Below are positions 40,598-55,184 of a DNA stretch of 64,000 nucleotides, in pieces. The stretch is from Eledone cirrhosa (lineage: Eukaryota): the NCBI GenBank assembly GCA_964016885.1, contig OZ024746.1:76508001-76572000 (forward strand), in the 5' to 3' direction. The notes under the pieces were generated by a model, which saw nothing but the letters and a program-made list of their open reading frames with translations, made no database searches and had not been told where the DNA came from. Position 1 is the stretch's first letter. Each line of letters begins with the position of its first letter. Both the position numbers and the translations under genes were made by a program.

Positions 40598-41974
40598 GTG
40601 TATGTGTGGAAACATTTCATGCAAAAGATAATACAGTGGGTGATCATTTACAAAGTCTAAGTGAAGCTCAAAGTTCTCCAGAAGTATACTCACTAAATCA
40701 GTGTTTCTCACCTGAGAGGCATTTGGCTCCCTGGAAAGAGGGAGGGTAGCTAAGGGTGGAATTGAGTAGGAATGATAATCAGGGGAAGAAACCAAATTGG
40801 GAAAAATAGTATACTTAGTGTATATATCAAATGAAATACCAAATTCCCAATTATAAAGGGGATCACAAATTAACAGTTCACAAAAAAACTGCTTTAAAAA
40901 TTAACGCTCTAAAAGTATAATGGCAAAAACATTACTGAATAAGAATTCAAAAATGAGCAGGGATTGAGGGGTCACAAGATGAAGAATGCAACCTGGGTCA
41001 CTGAGAAACATTACCCTAAATAGATAAAGTGTCTGAATAGTAATTGTAATGGCTGAGTGGATTATATGAACTATTTTACATCCATTTCCACCATGCTAGC
41101 ATGGGTAAGATAGGCTAAATGTGGGTTTAATTGTTTTCGTAGATGGATATCTTTCTTAATTCTAAGTAGTTAACCATGAAGTAGGAATAGAACCTGGAAG
41201 AGTTATGTGACCAGTTCAGAAGCACAATGCAAAAGCTTTACTCTAATAATAAGGCTAAATCTCATGGACAGTAATTGAGAATCTTATATTTAACCTTTTT
41301 GCAATTGTTTTTCTAATAAAATACAGTTTCAATTAATTAATGAAGAATTTTGAGGGGTTTACTAAAATTATTAATCATTTTATTACAAAAGGAGTAACTT
41401 AACACATGCTTCTTATATAAATTTATTGTGTGATTTTATTTAAACTAAGGACCCTTTAGAATGGGTATTTTGTTTTGTAGAACCAGAGCTGTGTTTGACC
41501 AGGTTAATATCAAAAGGGTAAGTAAGTGTGAATGTAAGAATATAGATGTTTTTTTTTTAAAGCAGAAAATAAATTACTTCATGAATTTCATAGGCCTACT
41601 GGGATTTGAATTCATGATAATCCACTAAGATATCCACTCAACCATTTCATTTATACACAATTACAATCATTTGACTCTCTCTTCATTTATGCTCCCAATC
41701 CTTAATAATGCATTACCCCAAGCAATACTCTCCCAGCCTATCAAAAAATGCACCTGAAGTGCTCTGCTTACTTCTCATCCCAACAACAAATTATCTCCAC
41801 ACTAATCACTATGACCATGCCATGGCATTCCCCTTGAATTCCCATAGCCCACATTTTTCCTGCAGATGTCGAAACTATTAACTATGTTAAACTCACTAGT
41901 TTTGTAGTGTCTGTAAAGATTATGAGCACAGCTCCTTCATCCTGTCTAAACTGGGGAGGGGAATGGTTAAATAA

Positions 41975-42590
41975 TGGTTACTAAGTTAGGTGCAAGCCAA
42001 GCAGTTTAGGAGAAGGGGGCAAAAGTTGATTAAATTGACCCTAGTGTGTGACTGGTACTTCATGTTAATAACTCCAAAGGGATGAAAAGCAAAGTTGACC
42101 TCAGCAGGATTTGACCTCATAACATAAAGGGCTGTAACAATATGCTGCAAAGTATGTTGTCCGATGCACTACTGATACTGCCAATCCACTGCCCTTAATA
42201 ATAATGATTTCTACTAGAGGCACAAGGCCAATAATTTGGAGTCGTGGAAAATTGATTAATTCGACCCCAATGCATTACTGGTGCTTTATTTTACCGACCC
42301 CATAAGGATGAAAGCAAAGCCTACCTTGGCGGGATTTGAACTCAGAATGTAAAAGGCCATAACTACATACTGCAAAGCGTGTTGTCCGATGTTCTCTCCG
42401 ATATGCCAATCCACCATTTTTGATAATAATGGCTTATGATTTAGGCCAAAGCCAACAATTTGAGGGGAAGAGGAAAGTTGTTTAATTCAACCCCAGTACA
42501 TAATTGTTACTTTATTTTATCGACCCAAGAGATGAAGGCAAAGCTAACTTGGCAGGATATGAACTCAGAACATAAAGGGCTGTAACAGTA
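41975..42590 (-). mobile_element. Three tandem copies of the same tRNA-SINE; about 25 minus-strand copies or fragments across the window
   Basis: Other copies at ~41-250, 5423-5607, 6865-7010, 7915-8102, 11617-11770, 23431-23620, 31724-31905, 32571-32905, 36490-36680, 37626-37840, 44243-44545, 44872-45058, 47078-47275, 53905-54140, 56450-56872 and 58770-58908. Confidence 0.8.
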
Positions 42591-42919
42591 ATAATAATTA
42601 GAAATTAACTTTACAGTGAACACCAGCCAGACATGCATGTGAGTATGTTTGTGATATAACTCAGGGTCCTGCAATAATTATTTCCCTTCTATAGTAAACA
42701 AATTAGCATGGATTTCTTTTTAATGCTTCTGTTTATTGCGAAAGTTTACTTTTCGTTATCTTTTTTTTTCTTTTCTTTCACTTGTTACTTCCACACAAAA
42801 ACAAATACACAAAAACTTCAACTGCACTGTTGAAATTGTCCAACTATTGCATTCACTCACAGGCATGAAAAAATAAAATTATCTAAAAATTTCTCATGTG
42901 AAAATCTAAAGTGACCTAA

Positions 42920-43136
42920 TTAACTCTTAACATCCTGTACAACATGAAACCACATTCTTTATAAATACAAAACAGCACCATGATTGCACCACCTTAAAAA
43001 TTGAAGTTTTTACAATCGTTTGCAGCAAATTTTCACGATAATCTGTTTACAAGTAAAATATATTTTAAACATTTGATTTAGTAAACTCATTCTTTAGATG
43101 TTTTCTGCTAAATTATTGTTGGATGTTAAGAGTTAA
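42920..43136. mobile_element. ~215-bp TTAA-flanked MITE family A (piggyBac-like ends)
   Basis: Termini ttaactcttaacatcc / ggatgttaagagttaa. Twelve copies or fragments at ~575, 7110, 7433, 8535, 10113, 16511, 18200, 37383, 38168, 39157, 42920 and 55291. Confidence 0.75.
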
Positions 43137-43217
43137 TAATGTATAAATATTCCATGCACAAAATTTAACATCTGAAGTAGGTTCAGGAGAAAAATTTACA
43201 TTCTTCAGAAACCTCAC

Positions 43218-43229
43218 CTTGACTAAAAC
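43218..43229 (-). CDS. Candidate 12-nt microexon (GFSQ), phase 1-1
   Basis: tccttcccttgactag|GTTTTAGTCAAG|gtgagg, with an ~60-nt AG-free zone upstream. Frame-preserving between exons 48261 and 39931. Confidence 0.45.
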
Positions 43230-43751
43230 CTAGTCAAGGGAAGGATTTGAAAATTTACAAATATTTTGAATGCAATTCAAGGACATGAGAATACTCTCAC
43301 CAGAAGTTGAGAAGGGAGGAACAACACAACAACAACGATCATTATAGCCATTTTCCCTTTTAAAGCAGGAGTTAGCTTTGTGGGCCACATGTCAGGCTTT
43401 ATACTCATCATGGGGTTCTTTTTGAGCTGAACGATGGTGATGATGGTAATGGTGGTAGAGGTGGAGATGATGATGATGACGAGGAGGAGGATAGTATTGA
43501 CAATGTTGATAATTCTTTCAAATAATGGCACAAGGCCAGCAATTTGGAGAACGGAGAAAGCAGATTATATATGTATAATTTTCATACTCTATATTTTTCC
43601 TAACGCATGCATCCACATACTTATGTATGACAATGATTAGCCCACCTCTAGTCCTACTCTGAATATATTTACCTTACTTAGTATTATTATTAGCATCATC
43701 ATCATTATTATTATTACCTGTATTGTTATTATTACTATTATTATTATAAAT

Positions 43752-43968
43752 AGGACGGTGGATTGGCAGTATCGGTAGAGAGTCGGACACCATGCTATTC
43801 AGCAAAGAGTTATGGCTCTTTATGATCTGAGTTCAAATCCCGCCGAGGTTAACTTTGCCTTTCATCCTTACGGGGTTGATAAAATAAAGTACCAGTCCCG
43901 CACTGGGGTCGATTTAATCGACTTTCCCCTCCCTCAAAATTGCTGGCCTTGTGCCTATATAAGAAACC
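43752..43968 (+). mobile_element. tRNA-head SINE (MetaSINE-like central domain), full-length representative
   Basis: A-box-like tggcagtatcggtag, B-box gagttcaaatc and central ctttgcctttcatccttacggggttgataaaataaagtacc. A second plus-strand copy lies at 33093-33262. Confidence 0.8.
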
Positions 43969-44829
43969 ATTATTACTGTTGTCATTATTATTAATGTACT
44001 GGGTAATTGCTGGCCTTGTGCCAAAAGTAGAAACAATTATTACTGTTGTCATTATTATTATTTCTACTTTTATTAATACCTTCAGTAGCTTCATGTTTAA
44101 TCATATTACTTCTATTAACATCATTTTCCATATATGATAGCTGGAAAATATTCAGCTATTCTAAAAAGAAAATTACTCTCCTGTTTTTTCCATATCAAAA
44201 ATTTGTTCTTCCTGCTTCACTTAATGGTGTAATTCTCCTTGCATACAGTTCACTGGTGCTTTATTTATCAACCCCGTAAGGATGAAAGCCAAAGCTAACC
44301 TTGGAGAGATTTGAACTCAGAATGTAAAGGGCCGTAACTCTATGCTGCAAAGCAGGGTGTCTGGCGCTCTACCAATACTGCCAATCTACCGCCCTAATAG
44401 TAATAATAATTGTTTCTCCTTTAGGCACAAGGCCAATAATTTGGGGGGAGGGGAAATTCGATTATATCTACCCCAGTTCGTTACTGGTACTTTATTGTAT
44501 CAACCTCGTAAGGATGAAAGACAAAGCTAACCTCGGCCAGATTTGCCTAATAATAATAATGTGTTTATTGTTAAACAAGAATGAATTGAAATTATTTATG
44601 AGAGCTACAAAGCATGCAAAATATACAGTATAAATTGTCAATCCAACAACACAAGCAATGAATTATTACAAATGATATTTGGTCAAATCATGCAATGCAG
44701 TCCTTTAGCTTTCACTTGAAATTTCTATTGATAAGTTGCCAAATCGACAACATTTAAGTAGATGTCAGAGAAATTATCAAACTTGAGTTATTTATAAATA
44801 TAACATCTTAATATATTTTCCAATAAACT

Positions 44830-44867
<38 letters not shown>

Positions 44868-45503
44868 TAATGATTTCTAATTTTGGCACAAGGCCAATAA
44901 TTTGGAGAGAGTCCACTGAATCAACCCCAAGTACTTTTCTAGTACTTCAGTTTATCAATCTTGGAAGGATGAAAGGCAAAGTTGACATCAGCAGGATTTG
45001 AACTCAAAATGTTAAGAGCCAGAACAAATACTGCAAAGCATTTTGTCTGACGCTCTACTAAAATATCTTACTTGTCTCCAAGCAAAGATTAAAACCCTAA
45101 CTCCCATCCATACATTCAAAATGCATAGCTACATCCTAACTACCCACACGACTGCCTATAGGTCAATAATAATAAAGCTTTTCTTCATTTTATTTATTTA
45201 TCTATCTATCTGTCTATAAATATAGGAAGCTAAATGCTGCCAATAAGTAGTCTAATCAATAATAAGAGTACAACTGATTATTCAACATAAATATGCACTG
45301 AACTAATTAAATACATTACTGATGTAAATGTGTATGTGTGTGTGTTTAATATAAAAATGGCTTCTACAGAACTAGAACTGTTCCATTAGAAGGAAATCAA
45401 CAGGAAAGCATAGTCCTGTAGAAGCCATTACTATATTAAACATTTATACTCTACTATGTATTGAGTACCTTACTTGTTGTGGTTACCCCCATTTCAACCC
45501 GGG

Positions 45504-45534
<31 letters not shown>

Positions 45535-48260
45535 GTGACACTATAGTATTGGAAACATAGACTAGGAAATTCAGGTAATATTTGATGAATTTTAGATGCA
45601 AAAGAAACAGGTTTGATAATATATTCAGGTTTGACAAATATATTCAAGGAAAGAAACACTGTATTATTATTATTTTGTAAAAGATTTGTCATATGATTAA
45701 CATACAACGACCTTATTCTATTTCATTTCACAATTGTTTATGTAAAATGCTAAGTGATAAAATACTCTAGTGCTTAGGGTCATGGGTTCAATTCCTGGAG
45801 TGGATGGAATATGTTGAGCAAAACATTACATTTCAAGTTGCTCCAGTCCAATCAGCTGAAAATTAATACCAGCAGCAACTGGGGAGGTGGGAGTTAACCC
45901 AGTGATGGACTGGTGTCCTGTCCTGAGGAAAGTCTTGTACTCTTAGTCACTTAATACCAATTAAATTGGGCTAGATGAGCCTCTGGGCTTAGGACAGACT
46001 AACCTTCTTACCCAGTAATAAAGAATTTTCCTGTCAACAATAAACTGAATTTATAATAGAACTGCTTCTTTCTTATGTTTACTCAAGTTTGCAGATGTTC
46101 TAGAAAAGTGGTAAACAAACTATACAGTTAGACCTCATGTTAGTTTCAACAATTAGTGTTCTAGTTGTTCAATCAAATAGACAGCCTGCTCATGAGGTTA
46201 ACATACAAGTGGCTGTGCATTCCACAGACACACGTACCTTTAATGTATTTCTCAGGGAGATTCAGTAAGACACTGTGTTTGACAAGTCTAGCCCTTTGAA
46301 TTACAGATAGAACTCATATTTGCCTGCTGTGTAAATGAAAGCAATTTGCAATAACCTGTCTTGTTCAAGGACACAATTCACTGGGAATTAATCTCACAAC
46401 TTTATGGTTGTGAGCCTCACACCTAAACCATTAAGTCACTATACAATATACTTTGACTAAATACTTATTTTATCTTCAAGATATCATTTTCTTGTTTTCT
46501 GCACAGCATTTATCTTCTTAAATCCCAATGCCAGTATTGTTCTGGTTATTTTACTGGCTCATGCCGTGATTAATTTATGCATTTTTTAAAAATTGTTAAA
46601 AATAATATAAAAGAGATATTTTGATCAAATTTGCACTAATTACTTAGTCAGAACCTGTGCTTCACAAACTAAAGGAAAACATACCAGTGCACTTTGGGGG
46701 GAACAGAGGATGGGAAGTAAAACACATTCCAATATGGCACTCAAAGATTTAAAGAATTTATCTCTAAGAGGAAATTTTCCAAACTTTTAAGCAAAAGATC
46801 TAATTTTTTATAATTCCACTTACAAAATTAAGTTAATCTGTTTTAAAAGATACAAATAATTTTTTTTTAAATCTAATATGTGAAATACAAAGTTAACCAA
46901 AACAAATCTTTTAAAGAATTAGCTAAATGATGGTTGTAGGTATTACATTTTTCAGTTTTACAAAATTTAAACTGTTTCTATTTACATAAAAACCAAAATA
47001 TATCTAGCCAAAATTTCTTAAATGTTTTAAACATATTAAAGAATGAATATGTATATGGAGGATGAAAAGAAAATATTGATTTCTAATTTAAGCACAAGGC
47101 CAGCAAATTTGGAGGAAGGGCACAGTCGATTAGATCAACCCCAGTACTTGACTGGTACTTTATTTTAGAACCCTGGAAGGATGATAGGCAAAGTTGACCT
47201 CAGAGAGATTTGAACTCAGATTGTAGAGAGCCAGAACGAATATTATGAAGCATTCTATCTGACATTCTAACAACAATTCGCTTCTCTGAAGTCAGATGTA
47301 TTACTGCTGCACTACAGGGCCAACTATGAAAATAAAATATTAAAATGTTATAAAAGTTGACAATATGGAACAAACTGAATGAAGCACTCAAAATTGATTT
47401 CAAATTCTAAACAATATTCCATTTATCCTTCAACTATTCCCTTAAAAAATTTTTCCAACAACAGTTTGATACTTTCAATGAAAATATTTTAAAGTCAAAT
47501 TTACTGTGTTGCAACATTTTTATGTGCATGGCACCAACACAGCGACTGCATAGCTGTGCACACAAGCAACTTAAAGAGAACATTGCCCTCAACTGTTAAT
47601 TTCTTAAAATATATTTCAATATCAAAATGCTTCAGAAACATGCTAAATCTATTATTTAGAATGTTTAATTTAACCATTTCATAGAAGCAGTCTTTCAAAA
47701 ATATATATGGATTGGATAGTAAGTAAATGATGCTAGACATTTAGGAGTAGATGTGAATATGACAGAAATTAGTTTAGATTCACATGAAAAATGCATACAA
47801 GAATATCAAAAACATCAAAGTTTACAAAAATGCGACTTTAAAAATTAAAATTAAAAAGAAAGGACATGCCAAAAATAATGAATGTTATATCTATATTTTG
47901 ATGATTATGGTTTTTTTTAAATTGTGAGATTGCAAGATAACTTTTTTTTTTCATTTAACCTAAAATTTATCATTAATACAACACTACAAAAGAATGTTTA
48001 GTTAAAATAGGTTAAAAGCTACCTTAAACTAAAAAAAAAAAGAGATAATCGACAAATTTTAGTTCTAAACTTTTTAAAACTTACATAAGGTATGTTAGTA
48101 TAAAAATAAATTAATTTAAAGAAAGGAATAACTTAAAATAGATTTTTTTCTAAAATTATTAATAGCTATGACTATAATATAAACAAGAGTTAGCATCTAA
48201 AGATGTTTGAAGATAGTAGGGGTTAGAGGCATGAAATTCTCCTTATATCTAAGTCAGTAC

Positions 48261-48617
48261 CTCCAGGAGTAGCTGTTTTGACATAGGCAGTTGTGCTATT
48301 GGATGGAGAAGCAACTTCATCACTTCCACTTTCCTCAGATGAACCCTGCGATCCCGAGTAGTACTTGGTTGGGGCAGATGTTCGCTGGCATGCACTAGAA
48401 TTAGGAGCACCATGTGCAGAGGCATGCGAAACATCATTATAGAACTGGTCTTTATCCTTGCTCAGTGACAGGTCACTGGAGACTTTTTTGGAAACCGAGC
48501 GATAAACAGATTTCTCAACGCCTTCATCATTTGGAACTGACGCATATTTTCTCCCTTTGTTGCGCCGAACATAACACATATCTTCATTATCTTCATACTC
48601 ATCATCGGTTTCATAAC
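48261..48617 (-). CDS. lin-10: lin-10/X11 large N-terminal-region exon (acidic/Ser-rich, likely disordered)
   Basis: catttatttctag acceptor, GAG|gtactg donor, 357 nt, phase 1-1. Lies within ORF 48223..48636 (GYETDDEYEDNED...KTATPG). Confidence 0.85.
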
Positions 48618-51600
48618 CTAGAAATAAATGAATCATGCCTGGATATGATAATCATGCAGCATTCAACATAAAATGTTTAAATAAATACCAAAGAATTTAA
48701 AAATTAAAAAAATATTTACATCACATGAACAGCAAATACAATAGCAATACAACATTTCAAAAAGAAAATAAATAACTTATAAAAGGCACACTGAGAATTA
48801 AATTATTTATATGAACTGTTTCCACCCCCACCCCCAATTGTTATTTTCCCTTACAGCAGAGTATGAAAAGTCATGAACATATTTCCCTCATTGATTCCTA
48901 TTCATTGCCATTGAGTTCTGTCCTTACATTGAGACCATCTCCTCCATCTACCTTGTTTTATCAAGCCAAATATTGTTATGCTTCAAATAAATTTTAGAGT
49001 GACAAGCTGAACGTTTGATGTGAACTACCAACTAAATTTTATAAGAAATATAAAGCCCAAACATAACTGAATTGAAGAGTTATAAATACCAAATCACAAG
49101 AGATACCTTATAGTGAAGCATGGAAGAATTTTGAAAATATTTTTCTTTTTTTAAACAAAATATTCGAGCGCCATGTTTTATCGTATTTATAATAATTTAT
49201 TGGATAATCACAAAAATTCATTATATATGGACTGGATCAATCCTAGTACATTACTGGTACTTATTTTGTGACCTTAGAGAAATGAAATCCAAAGTGGACA
49301 TAAAATATCATTCCATTTGTTTAGGAGAGTTTTCTTTCTCTTTTTGAGGTAGTTTTCTATAGTCAGATGCCCTTCTTGGTGCTAACTTGTGACTTGTCAA
49401 ACTGCTAAGCGGTAGGAGACATATTGTGTATGTGGGACATGAATACCACTGCTAGCTTAAACAGTTGATTTTGCTTGGCAAGTCAGTTAGGGCCAGACAG
49501 CTGCTCAGATGGTCAACTAAATAAAGGCAGTCTCCCAGCATGTCCTCAGTATAATAGTTGAAACAGTAAAAGAATAAAAGGAGAGAATAACGTGAGATTT
49601 TATTAATATCAACTATGCGAGCTTAGAAGAAGAAACAAAATACTGGAAACTGTATTTTAATTTACTTTTCAGCTGCTTTCTAAAGAGAAATTCTGAATGA
49701 GCCTTGAAATATAATATAAATACAGATAAAGTACTTAAAAATAGTTTTGTAGAGCACTTGATACTTCATGAGTTCCCTTTCATCTCATTGAACTAATTTT
49801 GAAATATAAGATAAATTGAATATATATATATATGTATTTAAAACATATCATGACAGATTTTCACCTTATTCATATCAACCCAACCAAAAACAGCTCTGGT
49901 TCTATAAAAAAAAAAAAAGCTTGCTTAATTAAAATCTTCCAACATAATTTTCTATAAGAACCATATATTACGTTATTATCTTAGTATTGAAATAAATTTG
50001 AGTAAATCCCTCAACATTTTTCCTTAATTAAAAGTAGTCACACAACAAGGTTAAAATATGCAGAATAATTTTCAGCAGAATCAACAGTTTTATCTTATTA
50101 TCTCACTAATTAAAATATAAAATTAAAAATTAAAATTTAATTGGTGATTTTCAACAGGCTTTTTTCTTTCATTCTCAAAAATAATTCTTATAGTTTATTA
50201 ATTTCAACACCCCTACACCCATTGCTGAAATCAGCCCTAATTCTATAACACAAAACTGTTTATTTTATAGGGTTCATATTTTTCTAAACTCCCCCTATGA
50301 TAATTTTATGTAAGAACCTTTGTTAAATTATGCTTCAAACATCAGCTTAATAATTACCAAGTTAGTTATGTGCCTAAATCCTTCCACATTCTTGATTATT
50401 TTCAAAATAATTTGAAAATCATAGGCAGTCTTTCATTAGTGACATGATAATGATTTTCATTACACTTACTTTCAATCAATATAGAGTTTTACAACAATTT
50501 TGCCTTTGTTTTAGACTTTTGTTGGTTCTGATGACAAATGTTCCAGTTGTTTGACAAACAGAACAGCCTGCTCATGAAATTAACATGCAAGTGACTGAGC
50601 ATTCTATAAACATATGTACCCTAATATAATTCTCAAGAAGATTCATTATGACAACTTTTTAATCACAAGCACAATTTATTTTTTTCCAGCTGATGAACTG
50701 AAGCAACATGAAATAAAATGTCTTGCTGAAAGATACAACATGCCACTGGGAATCAAACTCACAACCTTATGATCATGAGCTGAACACCCTAACCACTAAG
50801 CCACATGCCTTCACTAATTTCACTCTTTATTATCCTAAAATTGTATGTTATTCATTTACTTTTAAATAAGTAATTTTAGTAAATCTCATACTGCAGAAAT
50901 AAAATCACAAATAAATATATATTCAGCCTATATTTCTTATGCATGATTTAGAGTACATTATAATTACCCCCACAAAGATGTTACTGCAGATGTTAGTACT
51001 AAAGCAGTGTAGAACAATCAGTAGATCATGCCACCTAGACATAGGAAAATTGATAGGATTATAAAGCTAATACCAGCTAGACAAGCCATAATAAATAATA
51101 AAGCAATTGTACATAAATTTCCTGATGTCTAGTCATATAGGATGAGTGAAAGAGAAGCTCACAAAATGTTACAGTGTTCAATATTATGATGTAGAATTGT
51201 TGAAGTAAAAACATGCAAAACCATTTATTAAAATGCTTCATGCAATATTTTACAATGTATAAAGAGGGCCATTTCAACAGACAACAAGGGTTACAACATA
51301 ATCAACAGTATAAAATACAAAGTTTTACTGCAAAGATATCCATGCACTATGACAAAGAAAACAATGAATTACATCAATAATCTTAATCAGAGAGTCAGAC
51401 ATAATTGACAAGCAAATTAATTTTTTTTAATGACAAGAGAGATTATATTTCTTTGTGTGTGTATGCTTACATTTCAATGATTTTTGTTGCCCCAACAGCA
51501 AATAAAACTACCACTATGATCCCGTGCATATTTTTTTTAATAAGGTTATTTTAATAGTTTCGCCTGTCAATTTCGTCAGCTAATAAAATCCTAAAATTAA

Positions 51601-51667
51601 CATCTATATAAATAGTTTTACTAAATTATGCTGAGTTCCATAACAATTCACTGTCTACCAGTTTTTC

Positions 51668-51721
<54 letters not shown>

Positions 51722-51812
51722 AGCATCTGCTGTGACTGCCTCAAACAATTCGATTGGTATCTGCTATACTGCAGCTACAACTTTGATTTATACCTATACT
51801 ATAATTATTATT

Positions 51813-51858
<46 letters not shown>

Positions 51859-51936
51859 AAGGAAATGTGGTAAGGAACCAGGTGGACCATAACGCACCAA
51901 AGTACTCAATACTTAGGGTAGTAGAGTGGGTAATAA

Positions 51937-52058
51937 GAACGAGTAGGACCCCGATGGCTGAGCTCAAGCCGTTTCGACGGCTAATTCTGGACTGCTAATT
52001 CAGTCCAGAATTAGCCGTCGAAACAGCTTGAGCTCAGCCGTCGGGGTCCTACTCGTTC
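51937..52058. repeat. 58-bp inverted repeat with 6-nt loop, built from the 3' half of a hammerhead
   Basis: Arms 51937-51994 and 52001-52058 with two mismatches, both at CpGs. Contains GAAAC-stem III-GTC. Confidence 0.85.
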
Positions 52059-52059
52059 C

Positions 52060-53169
<1,110 letters not shown>

Positions 53170-55100
53170 GAACTGCTTTCAGGCTTTCATTGTGGCTTAT
53201 GAATGAAGTAAATGCAAAAACATATTAATCTCGAGAGAGAAAAGAAAAGAAAAGAAAATTCAATTAAATCCAAATAATAAAAATAAATAGAAAACGGCTT
53301 TAATGAAAGACAACTGAGTTAGAAACCGAGCCTAAATGTTGCTAAGTTTGAAAATTGAATACATGATATTTTCATGCATTTTAATTTGAAACTGTTATTG
53401 ATACGAGTCATTTCTTCTTTTCATAATCACAAATATTTGAAATATATACAAATAGAAAGATAGAGAGAAAGAGATACAAAAAAAAGAGAGAAAGAGAAAT
53501 GGATACAAATAAAAGATATAAAGAAATAGATAGATCAATCGATTGATTGCTGGACAAAATGTTTTTACATCCTTCTAATAATTACAAAGTGAAAGTTTAT
53601 AACCGAAATGAGTTCATATAAAAAATTCCACAAGACAAAAATGAACTCTCCTTATTTTCAGAAAGTTTCAAACATATCTCTTTAAATGGGAAACAAAGTT
53701 AAATATTAAATTTAATACATACCAAATTAAAAAAATAAATTCTTGCAAATTATTTTTACCTATATCAAAGTTTACCTATGTTAGTTATTTATGAAGAATT
53801 AAGAAGTATAATATTTAAAAAGAAACTAATCATCAGATTGGACCAAGGAGAATGTTTTCATTTGTCTTTCTATTGCTGATATTCTCTGTTTATCACAAAT
53901 CCAGGCAGAAGGAGCTGTGATTTGAACTCGAAACCGGATGAGATACTGTAAAACATCCCCTTCGATTCTTTAACAATTCTGCCAATCCACCTCCTGCAGT
54001 ACTGAGACTTTATTCATCCATCCCAAAAGAATGAAAAGTAAAGTTGACCTTGGCAAGATTTCAAACTCATAGCTCAGTGAGCTGGAACAAATACTGAGTT
54101 ATTTAATCCAAAACTTTAATCACTGCCAATGTGTTGCCTATACACAGTTTCCTTGGTCCAATCTGTATAATATTTATATACTTCAAAAATAACATTCTCT
54201 TGATTTTTTTTTTTTTCCAAGATTTAAAAATTTTTAAGATGTAAAACTTATATAAATCTTATTAAAAAATTCAATAAATAATTTCAACATAAATTCAGAA
54301 TATTTATCAGAATAGTTATCCAAAGGAAACAACAATATCAGTTATATGCAGGAATATAGATCAATTAAAAACTGAAGACAACATTTAAGGTTTCATGAAC
54401 ATTAAATGTTCATTTAAAAGCCCCCTAATCATGTAAGATTTTAATTTTTCATTTTGTTCAAAGCATAGCTTACTTATTAGTATTTCTGTTTTTACTGTAA
54501 ATTGTGGTGTATAAATCAACCCAGCAAACAACTTGATCTTAAGATACTTAGCCTAAAATTCTGTGTTAGGTCTATACCTACCACATACCCCCACCTCCCC
54601 CAAAAAAACATTAGGGTCTACTGAAGCTGTTTTTATTGATGACTGTGCCAGGGATATTGTAACTGATTACTACAATATATATATTGTATATTATAGTAAA
54701 ACATACCAAAGTAATCTGAACTCATTGATGCATACATTACATTATATTATATTGTAAAATACATTCTACAAAGTAGCTAAGTAAACTGTACTGACAGCTA
54801 CTGTCTGCCATTTGCATCAGTGATGTAAACAAACAGCCAGTGGTACCACCAACTACATGCAGCCAAATATGTCTACCACATGGTCATAAAAATTGGCATT
54901 ACATTCCCACCCTATAAGTTGACTCTTAATTTTTGAGAATTTTTTTCATGTTAAAGAAGTCAACTTATACACTGCAATTTACATTAATTCAAAATTATCA
55001 AAAGTCTTAAAATATAAAGTGAGAAAAATGTCCTAATTAAATTGTGTTGTAAACAGAAAAAAAATAGAATTTAAAATTATCAAACAATTAAAGTTCTTAC

Positions 55101-55184
55101 CTTTAGGTGTCTGATAGGTTTTACCATCATTTCTAGTGTATTGGTTTTCTAAAAGACCATCTTTCTCATTCTCCATCTCATAAA
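55101..55184 (-). CDS. lin-10: lin-10/X11 coding exon (YEMENEKDGLLENQYTRNDGKTYQTPK)
   Basis: tcttattgtag acceptor, AAG|gtaaga donor, 84 nt, phase 1-1, open frame. Confidence 0.8.

Noticed and set aside
43752-43850. tRNA gene
   Set aside because: A- and B-box-like motifs belong to the SINE head. No cloverleaf was evident and many diverged copies exist.
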